36,805 nt of DNA from Candidatus Krumholzibacteriaceae bacterium (GTDB taxonomy: Archaea; Thermoproteota; Bathyarchaeia; TCS64). This document shows positions 9,191 through 15,935 of this stretch, piece after piece. The stretch lies in contig DATKWN010000033.1 in assembly GCA_035529515.1 (NCBI GenBank), forward strand, positions 1 through 36,805, read 5' to 3'. Each line of letters opens with the position of its first letter. Positions within the stretch are counted from its first letter, which is position 1. The translations under genes and the position numbers were made by a program. The notes under the pieces were generated by a model. It had not been told where the DNA came from. It was given only the letters and a program-made list of their open reading frames with translations, and searched no databases.

Positions 9191-9646
9191 GTGCCATTCG
9201 TTAGAAGATACAAGGACCTGTCTACCAACCTGGATGGCCTCTACACGGACATAGTCATGGAGCTGCAGCAGGAGAAGGACCTGGAGATAGTTAAGGAGAC
9301 AAATGGAGTCATCAACGACGTGGGGTTCCGCAGCGTGACGGCGATACGCGCCACGGTTCCACGCGCCGTGACCGGCACCCTCAGGGAGGTCAGCGTCACC
9401 GTCGCAGGGGAGCCGGATGACTGGCTGCTTGAGCTCCACACCGGGGCCTGGTTCGGCAACATGGTTCTGCCCGGAGCGGGCGGGTTCCTCATAGCCGGCC
9501 CAGTTGGCACAGCCGCAGCCGCCGGAACCACGACGCTGCTCGCCGTCACGTACGGCCGCAGGCTCAAGAACAGGATCAAGGAGCTTGTGAAGAAGCACAG
9601 CGGCAAGAAGTACACCGAGGAAAAAGTCGAGACATTCATTTCGTAG
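9191..9646 (+). CDS. Uncharacterised small protein, paralog 2 of 6 (subfamily A)
   Basis: 151 aa with a GTG start preceded by GGAGTGA. It aligns over its full length with paralogs 1, 5 and 6. Confidence 0.85.
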   Translation: MPFVRRYKDLSTNLDGLYTDIVMELQQEKDLEIVKETNGVINDVGFRSVTAIRATVPRAVTGTLREVSVTVAGEPDDWLLELHTGAWFGNMVLPGAGGFLIAGPVGTAAAAGTTTLLAVTYGRRLKNRIKELVKKHSGKKYTEEKVETFIS

Positions 9647-9657
9647 GCGGTGGAAGA

Positions 9658-9951
9658 ATGCCCGAGAAGACAAGGAAAGAACTGGAGAAGCTCGAGGAGA
9701 GAGCCGAGAAGCTCGTCAATAAGGCCAAGGAGACGCCCAAGAAGGCGGTGAAGGGCCTCAGGGGGGAGTTCAAAGGGCTAGCCCAGGACGGTAAGAAGCT
9801 AGCCAAGAGGATCGACGACTCAGCCGACAAGGCTGAGGAGAAGACCATGAAAACCTTCAAGGCCCTAGGCGACAGGCTGCAGAAGCTTCTCAAGAAGCTC
9901 AACGACTGGTCCGAGCTGGCTGATGAGCCAGACACTAACCTACTGGAGTAG
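9658..9951 (+). CDS. Lys-rich helical protein with an acidic Trp-containing tail, paralog K1
   Basis: 97 aa: MPEKTRKELEKLEERAEKLVNKAKETPKKAVK...WSELADEPDTNLLE. It is collinear with ORF 14595-14891 (MPQKIKQELDEWEEKTKNVIKKVKKVPKKVSK...WQEATEEDLIEPME). An RBS-like GGTGGAAG lies upstream. Confidence 0.75.
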   Translation: MPEKTRKELEKLEERAEKLVNKAKETPKKAVKGLRGEFKGLAQDGKKLAKRIDDSADKAEEKTMKTFKALGDRLQKLLKKLNDWSELADEPDTNLLE

Positions 9952-9993
9952 CCCTTCACCGAGGCGACGGCTCTGACAAACTTCCTCTTTATT

Positions 9994-11238
9994 TTGACAG
10001 GCGTCATCGTCTGCCTAGGATACATAGGCAACTTTCTGTTCAACAGGAAGGGGATCCCAGACAACCTAATACTGATCCTCTTCGGCATAGCCCTTGGCCC
10101 GGCTCTGCATCTCATCGATCCAACGGGGTTCATAAATATAGCGCCCATCTTCAGCGGGTTAGCGCTGCTCATCATATTATTCGACGGAGGCATGAACCTG
10201 AACCTCTACAAGGTGCTTGAGGAGAGCCCCAAAGCCATGGTGCTCGGCGTCGTGAACGTGCTGCTAAGCATGGCGTTAACAGCGGCGTTCACCAGCGTGG
10301 TGCTGGGCTGGGAGCTTCTCCACGGACTCCTCCTGGGCACCATCGTTGGAGGCACCAGCAGCAGCATCGTGCTGTCCCTCACAAAGAAGATGGATGTCCC
10401 TGAGCGCATAAACACGCTTATGAGCCTCGAGTCGGTGTTCACGGACGCCATCGTGATAGTGCTAGGCATCACCTTACTCGACCTCATCGTTAGCGCCAAG
10501 TCCATGGTGTTCAGCGAGGTGGCGAAGAACATCGCCAGCGCCTTCAGCATAGGCGTCGTCTTCGGTCTAATCTGCGGATTGGTGTGGCTCAAACTGCTGA
10601 GCGTCATCAGAGACCAGACCTACGACGACATACTGACGCTCTCGGTGACTCTTCTCTTCTACGGCCTGACGGAGGTGGTGGGAGGCAACGGCGCCATCTT
10701 CGCCCTCATATTTGGCCTCGTACTGGGAAACGGAGTCGAGATCGGCGGAATCTTCAGGATGGAAGGCATCGTAGAGATTGGCGGCATAATGAGGAAGTTT
10801 ATGAACCAGATGAGCTTCTTCATACGCACCTACTTCTTCGTCTACTTGGGCCTCATACTGTTCATAGAGAACAGTATGACCGTCCTCTACAGCGTCGCCC
10901 TGTCTCTGCTGCTGCTGGGGGGCAGGTTCATCGGCGTGATGTTCACCACCTTCAGGGACCCGGAGCTAGGCGAGTACAACAGCGTCCTAACGTCGATGAT
11001 GCCCCGAGGCCTGGCGGCGGCCATCATGGCGCAGCTAGTGGCTTCGTCTGGCATCGCCTACTCCTCGATGTTCCCGGAGCTCATAATGATAGTGATCATA
11101 GTCTCCGTGGTGATCTCAAGCGTAGGAGCTGCGTTATTGAAGAGGAGAATGAGTAGAGATAGTGTAGACGCTGGCCCCGCAACTGCTTCAACTGGGGTCA
11201 ACGTCGACAGACAGTTTTTAAATGGTAGAAAAAGTTGA
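9994..11238 (+). CDS. nhaP: CPA1 (NhaP-type) monovalent cation:proton antiporter
   Basis: 414 aa and polytopic. LFGIALGP, LILFDGGMNL and LESVFTDAIVIVLG blocks are typical of NhaP-type exchangers. No C-terminal regulatory domain. The annotated TTG start leaves a short first TM helix (see findings). Confidence 0.8.
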   Translation: MTGVIVCLGYIGNFLFNRKGIPDNLILILFGIALGPALHLIDPTGFINIAPIFSGLALLIILFDGGMNLNLYKVLEESPKAMVLGVVNVLLSMALTAAFTSVVLGWELLHGLLLGTIVGGTSSSIVLSLTKKMDVPERINTLMSLESVFTDAIVIVLGITLLDLIVSAKSMVFSEVAKNIASAFSIGVVFGLICGLVWLKLLSVIRDQTYDDILTLSVTLLFYGLTEVVGGNGAIFALIFGLVLGNGVEIGGIFRMEGIVEIGGIMRKFMNQMSFFIRTYFFVYLGLILFIENSMTVLYSVALSLLLLGGRFIGVMFTTFRDPELGEYNSVLTSMMPRGLAAAIMAQLVASSGIAYSSMFPELIMIVIIVSVVISSVGAALLKRRMSRDSVDAGPATASTGVNVDRQFLNGRKS

Positions 11239-11684
11239 CAAAGACACAGTTATTCAAGAACAAGGCCGTAAACCTCGAGACCCTTTACAAAAAGATAAAG
11301 AGAAGGCTCCTCGAGGACGACTTTAGGCTTACAAGCGAGGCCCAGACCGAGCACGTATACCATATGAGGGCCGAGAAGACAGGCGTCACAGAGATCATAA
11401 TAGGCGCGGTCAGGGACATAGAGCTCATAATAGCCGGGGAGCCAAACTCGTTCGCGGTCATCTTCACCGTCGGCGCTTGGGGCAAGAACATAGTCTCCTC
11501 CGGATCCACAGGCTACATCGTCACGTCCCTCATCGCCGGCCCCGCGGCCATCTACGGCGGCCTAGCCGCCACAACCAGCTACATCAGGGCCGTAGCCTAT
11601 GAGGGCGACTTCTGGAAACAGATCGAGAAATACATCGACCTCCAGTCCAAGGAGAGCAAGAAAAAGGAGGCAGCCAAGGACTAA
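11235..11684 (+). CDS. Uncharacterised small protein, paralog 3 of 6 (subfamily B)
   Basis: 149 aa. Its TTG start overlaps the nhaP stop (GTTGA). It shares KAV.L..LY..IK..L.(E)D.F......GA.RD(I/V)E(L/I)(I/V).AG(E/D)P(N/D).FAV(I/V)..VGAWGKN...SG.TG(Y/F)IV with ORF 12894, and the overall architecture with subfamily A. Confidence 0.8.
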   Translation: MTKTQLFKNKAVNLETLYKKIKRRLLEDDFRLTSEAQTEHVYHMRAEKTGVTEIIIGAVRDIELIIAGEPNSFAVIFTVGAWGKNIVSSGSTGYIVTSLIAGPAAIYGGLAATTSYIRAVAYEGDFWKQIEKYIDLQSKESKKKEAAKD

Positions 11685-12907
11685 TGGAGCAACAACTGCT
11701 CTTCCGCGCAGTCGTGGACATCTGTCTGCTTATAGCCCTCGCCGAGGTAGCGTCGGCTGTCAACGCCAAGCTGAGGATTCCGCGCATCATCGGCACCCTC
11801 TCCATCGGAATTCTCTTCGGCCCCAAGCTGCTGGGAGGTCTCCAGCTCGCCGGCAGATCCCTCATCGAGTTCAACGAACTGGTGTACGTTTTCGCCGAGG
11901 TCGGCGCCGTCCTCCTGTTATTCAGCGCAGGGCTCCACATGACCTTCGGCGAACTGAAGAGGTCAGGCGCCATCTCGTTCACGGTGGCGCTAGCCGGTGT
12001 CATCGTGCCCTACGTCATGGGCTTCGCGGCTACCGTGCTTCTCGGCTACGACTGGTACATCGCGATGATCATAGGCGGCTCCATGGCGGCCACAAGCATA
12101 GCGATCTCGGTGAAGAGCCTGGACGAAATGGGCCGGATGAGCTCTACCGAGGCCAAGATAATACTTGGCGCCGCCATAATCGACGACGTGCTGGCGCTGT
12201 CATTGGCGAGCGTAATATTCACCATCGTCGTCAGCCACGCACAGATATCGACGCTGGACATCATCCTTTCGCTGAGCAAGACCCTAGGTGTATGGCTCGT
12301 GCTCACCGCCGTCAGCGCCCGCGTGGTTCCCATGCTGCTGGACTACGTGATTAGGCTCAAGGTAGGCGTCGGGCACCTCATAGAGGCTTTCTCCATTCTT
12401 GTGTGTTTCAGCTACGCGGCGTTCAGCGGCACACTTGGGCTGAGCCCCCTCGTCGGGGCGTTCATAGCTGGCATGGCCATCGCCGACAGCCTGTACTTGG
12501 ATCTGATCAAGGACTTCTTGGAGAAGGTGGAGGTGATCTTCGTGCCCCTGTTCTTCGTGGTGATGGGCGCCAGCGTGGACCCGCAATCGATCCTGCATGG
12601 CAACTTCCTGCTGATCCTCATCCTTTGCCTCGTGGGTGTGGTCAGTAAACTGATCGGCTGTGGGCTGCCTGCTGCCTATCTGCTCAAGGATCGTACTTGC
12701 GGTATACGGATAGGGTACGGCATGATCTCCCGGGGCGAGATAGGCTTGGTCATCGCAAGCATGGGTGTGACCTACGGGATCCTGCCGGGGGAGGTGTACA
12801 CGGCGCTCATCCTCATGATATTCGTGACTAGCCTCCTGCCGCCTTTCCTGCTGAAGCGGTCGTACTCGATGGAGGCTAAGACGCTGGAGGTGGTTGCACG
12901 TGACTAG
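11684..12907 (+). CDS. CPA2 (Kef/NapA-type) monovalent cation:proton antiporter
   Basis: 407 aa and polytopic. It has LLLFSAGLHM and the CPA2 DD motif in GAAIIDDVLALSL. Its ATG overlaps the stop of paralog 3 (TAATG). No KTN/RCK domain. Confidence 0.8.
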   Translation: MEQQLLFRAVVDICLLIALAEVASAVNAKLRIPRIIGTLSIGILFGPKLLGGLQLAGRSLIEFNELVYVFAEVGAVLLLFSAGLHMTFGELKRSGAISFTVALAGVIVPYVMGFAATVLLGYDWYIAMIIGGSMAATSIAISVKSLDEMGRMSSTEAKIILGAAIIDDVLALSLASVIFTIVVSHAQISTLDIILSLSKTLGVWLVLTAVSARVVPMLLDYVIRLKVGVGHLIEAFSILVCFSYAAFSGTLGLSPLVGAFIAGMAIADSLYLDLIKDFLEKVEVIFVPLFFVVMGASVDPQSILHGNFLLILILCLVGVVSKLIGCGLPAAYLLKDRTCGIRIGYGMISRGEIGLVIASMGVTYGILPGEVYTALILMIFVTSLLPPFLLKRSYSMEAKTLEVVARD

Positions 12908-13334
12908 GCTGATGAAAGTAGAGGGAAAAGCTGTCGATCTGAGCAGGCTGTACGCGAATATAAAGAAGATGCTGGAGGACGAGAAGTTCAGGATCGTCAA
13001 AGACGACGTCACCGAGAACGCCTACCATATACGAGCCCTCAAGACGCAAATCACACGGATCATCGTCGGGGCTACCAGGGACGTAGAGATCGTCGTCGCC
13101 GGGGATCCGGACAATTTCGCCGTGGTGCTCATCGTCGGGGCCTGGGGCAAGAATCTGGCCATCTCGGGGGCGACGGGGTTCATAGTCGCCAGCACGATTG
13201 CGGCGCCTGCGGTCGTCGTCGGCACCGTGGCGGCAGCGGGCAGCTACCTGACAGCGATAAAGTTCGAGGAGCAGCTCTACAAACGGATAGAAGACGAGAT
13301 CAGGAAACAGAAGAAGCAGAGCACGCGTGCATGA
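12894..13334 (+). CDS. Uncharacterised small protein, paralog 4 of 6 (subfamily B)
   Basis: 146 aa from GTG 12894, which overlaps the CPA2 gene. ATG 12912 (MKVEGKAVDLSRLY), 4 nt after the CPA2 stop, is the more likely start by comparison with paralog 3. Confidence 0.8.
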   Translation: MHVTRLMKVEGKAVDLSRLYANIKKMLEDEKFRIVKDDVTENAYHIRALKTQITRIIVGATRDVEIVVAGDPDNFAVVLIVGAWGKNLAISGATGFIVASTIAAPAVVVGTVAAAGSYLTAIKFEEQLYKRIEDEIRKQKKQSTRA

Positions 13335-13396
13335 TCGATCCATCGCCTTGGCTCGATCCATTCTTAGGCTCGGCGTCTCCGCGTCTGCACACGGCT

Positions 13397-14458
13397 CTAT
13401 AGCCACTTTCTTCTCTTGAAGAAGAGGATCATCACCGCGGTTACTGTGATCATTATGAGCCACAGGGCGGGGTAGGCGTTTCTCCACTCCAGCTCGGGCA
13501 TGTACCTGAAGTTCATGCCGTAGATGCCGGCTAGGAAGGTGAGGGGTATGAATATGGTGCCTATTATGGTGAGCACCTGCATTATCTGGTTCATCTTGTT
13601 GCTGATGCTGCTCAGGTAGATGTCCAGCATCCCGCTGAGGAGGTCGCGGTAGGTCTCGATGGCGTCTATCACCTGTATGGTGTGGTCGTAGACGTCGCGG
13701 ATGTAGGGCCTGGTGTTTTCCCGGAACTGTCTGCTGCCTAGCTTGTCCAGGCGGCTGATGACCTCGCGGAGGGGCCAGACGCTCTTGCGGACGGCTATCA
13801 TCTTGCGCTTCATGTTGTAGATGTCGTGGAGGGTCTCGATGCGGGGGTCTACGACCAGCTCGTCCTCGATCTCCTCGACGCGGTCGCCGATCTTCTCCAG
13901 CACGGTGAAGTAGCCGTCCACCACCATGTCTATGAGGGTGTAGGCGAGGTAGTCGGCCCCCATCTTCCTGATGATCCCCTTGTTGTCCCTGATCCTCTGC
14001 CTCACGGCGTCGAAGCAGTCGCCGGGCGCCTCCTGGAAGGACACTATGTAGTGGTCGCCGAGGATTAGGCTGATCTGCTCTATCTCTATCTCCTCGGTCT
14101 CCTGGTTGTAGGTGATCATCTTGAGGACGAAGAAGACGTGGTCGTCGTACTCGTCGAGCTTGGGGCGTTGCAGTGTGTTGACGATGTCCTCCTGTATGAG
14201 GGGGTGGAACCCCATGTGTGTGCCTATCTCGACGATGTCCAGGGCCTTGAGGCCGTCGACATTTACCCACGTGATGTCTGGGCTGCGGAGGTCGTCGATT
14301 ATCTCGGAGGGCTCCTCTACGGTTCTCTCATCGTAGCTTGTCTCGTTGTAGGAGATCACGGTTATGTGTGCGGGGAGGGGCTCCTCTTCCCCGACGTAGA
14401 CGGGGGTTCCGGGGGGCAGCCCCGACTTCCTGGATCTCCTGAGGAGAATGCCTGCCAT
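13397..14458 (-). CDS. corA: CorA-family Mg2+/Co2+ transporter
   Basis: 353 aa with a cytoplasmic N-domain and two C-terminal TM helices carrying the YGMNF (GMN) signature. Confidence 0.9.
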   Translation of the reverse strand: MAGILLRRSRKSGLPPGTPVYVGEEEPLPAHITVISYNETSYDERTVEEPSEIIDDLRSPDITWVNVDGLKALDIVEIGTHMGFHPLIQEDIVNTLQRPKLDEYDDHVFFVLKMITYNQETEEIEIEQISLILGDHYIVSFQEAPGDCFDAVRQRIRDNKGIIRKMGADYLAYTLIDMVVDGYFTVLEKIGDRVEEIEDELVVDPRIETLHDIYNMKRKMIAVRKSVWPLREVISRLDKLGSRQFRENTRPYIRDVYDHTIQVIDAIETYRDLLSGMLDIYLSSISNKMNQIMQVLTIIGTIFIPLTFLAGIYGMNFRYMPELEWRNAYPALWLIMITVTAVMILFFKRRKWL

Positions 14459-14575
14459 GATTAATCACTAAATGATCAGGTATTATCCGTTGATAATTGT
14501 TGTCTCATGACTGGACACCACTTCAGAGGATATGATTTACAGCGAATCAAATTGAAGATTGGTTGAGCATTCGAT

Positions 14576-14590
14576 TAATAAAAAAGGTTG
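14576..14590 (-). terminator. Oligo-T tract immediately after the K2 stop
   Basis: The minus strand reads CCTTTTTTATTAAT directly downstream of the TAA at 14595-14597. Archaeal terminators are typically T-runs. Confidence 0.4.
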
Positions 14591-14594
14591 GTTG

Positions 14595-14891
14595 TTATTC
14601 CATTGGTTCTATGAGGTCTTCCTCTGTCGCTTCTTGCCAGCCTTTACGCATGGCTTGGTAGGCTTTCTTGGTTCTCTCCCTGAGCTGCTTCAAAGTCTCC
14701 TTGGACTTGTCTTCCACCTGAACCATTCGCTTATCGATCTTCTTGACGAGGCTCTTCCCAGCTTTGGCGAGGCTCTTCGCCTCGTCTCGAACCTCTTTTG
14801 ACACCTTCTTGGGCACCTTTTTGACTTTCTTGATGACGTTCTTGGTCTTCTCTTCCCATTCATCCAACTCTTGTTTTATCTTCTGAGGCAT
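14595..14891 (-). CDS. Lys-rich helical protein with an acidic Trp-containing tail, paralog K2
   Basis: 98 aa, collinear with K1 (9658-9951). GGAGCAGTGA lies upstream of the ATG. Confidence 0.75.
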   Translation of the reverse strand: MPQKIKQELDEWEEKTKNVIKKVKKVPKKVSKEVRDEAKSLAKAGKSLVKKIDKRMVQVEDKSKETLKQLRERTKKAYQAMRKGWQEATEEDLIEPME

Positions 14892-14909
14892 TTTTCACTG
14901 CTCCAAGTT

Positions 14910-15365
14910 TTATGAGACGAAGGTCTCTATTTTATTTTCCGCATAGGTCTTTCCGCTGTGTTTCTTGACCATGCCCTTGATCTTGTTCTTCAGCTTCCTA
15001 CCATAGTCTGCTGCAAACACAGCCGAGGCCCCTGCGCCCGCTGCGGCGCCGAAGGGACCTGCAATCAAGAAGCCCCCGGTTCCAGGTAGTAGCATGTTTC
15101 CAAACCATGCTCCGGTGTGGAGCTCAAGCAGCCAGTCGTCTGGTACGCCGGCGATCGTGACTGTTACTTCTCGGAGTGTTCCAGTGATGGCTCTAGGCAC
15201 GGTTGCACGCACAGCCGTGATGGACTTGAATGGAACGTTGTTGATGACTCCGTTGTTCTCCACTGCGATGGTGAGGTCTTTGTCCTGCTGCAGCTCCTTC
15301 TTTGTGTCTTCGTAGAGACCATCAAGGTTGGTACCGAGGTCCTTATACCTTCGTATGAACGGTAT
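14910..15365 (-). CDS. Uncharacterised small protein, paralog 5 of 6 (subfamily A); canonical start codon missing
   Basis: The ORF track starts at GTG 15263 (MENNGV...). Homology to paralogs 1, 2 and 6 continues upstream in the same frame as IPFIRRYKDLGTNLDGLYEDTKKELQQDKDLTIAV, back to an ATA codon at 15363-15365, where the paralogs have their initiator. An out-of-frame ATG sits at 15367-15369. Confidence 0.7.
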   Translation of the reverse strand: MPFIRRYKDLGTNLDGLYEDTKKELQQDKDLTIAVENNGVINNVPFKSITAVRATVPRAITGTLREVTVTIAGVPDDWLLELHTGAWFGNMLLPGTGGFLIAGPFGAAAGAGASAVFAADYGRKLKNKIKGMVKKHSGKTYAENKIETFVS

Positions 15366-15371
15366 CCATTC

Positions 15372-15827
15372 TCACCCTATGAAGGTCTCTACCTTCTCGT
15401 CGCTATATTTTTCCTTGCTGTGCTTCTTGACGAGATCCTTGATCTTAGCCTTAAGCTTCCTTCCATACTGGGCAGCCATGAGTCCCGCCGTACCTGCTAC
15501 AGCCAACCCTGCGAGTGGTCCAACTAGGATTGAGGCTCCCAGGTAAGGCATAGCGAGGTTGCTGAACCACTCACCCGTGTGCATCTCGATGAGGTAGTCG
15601 TTTTTCTCCCCAGTGATGGTCACCGTGACCTCCCTCAGGGTGCCTGTAACCATCTTGGGTATCGAGGCACGGTTCGCGGTTACACTCATGAAGGGAACCC
15701 CGTTTACGTCTCCTTTAAGCTCCTTGGCGACGTTGAGTTCTTTCTCGTTCTGAAGCTCCTTTACGATGTCCTTGTATAGAACGTCAAGGTCTGTGTTCAT
15801 GTCCTTGTATCTTCTAACAAAAGGCAT
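15372..15827 (-). CDS. Uncharacterised small protein, paralog 6 of 6 (subfamily A)
   Basis: 151 aa: MPFVRRYKDMNTDLDVLYKDIVKELQ...TGTLREVTVTITGEKNDYLIEMHTGEWFSN...KVETFIG. Full-length alignment with paralogs 1, 2 and 5. Confidence 0.85.
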   Translation of the reverse strand: MPFVRRYKDMNTDLDVLYKDIVKELQNEKELNVAKELKGDVNGVPFMSVTANRASIPKMVTGTLREVTVTITGEKNDYLIEMHTGEWFSNLAMPYLGASILVGPLAGLAVAGTAGLMAAQYGRKLKAKIKDLVKKHSKEKYSDEKVETFIG

Positions 15828-15935
15828 CTTTCATACCTGAAATGATAATTAAAACGAACACTTATAGTGGTTTTGTATTCGGTAAGAGTAATACCTGAGC
15901 TATGTGAACGATATACTGCAGTGACACACAGAAAT

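Noticed and set aside
9636-10193. 185-aa minus-strand ORF overlapping K1 and the 5' end of nhaP.
   Set aside because: It is a Ser/Leu/Pro-rich shadow frame, antisense to two genes that are each supported by a paralog or by family motifs.
13335-13396. Direct repeat TCGATCCAT occurring twice (13335 and 13355) in the convergent spacer between paralog 4 and corA.
   Set aside because: It is only 9 nt in two copies, with no associated structure or T-tract. It is probably fortuitous.
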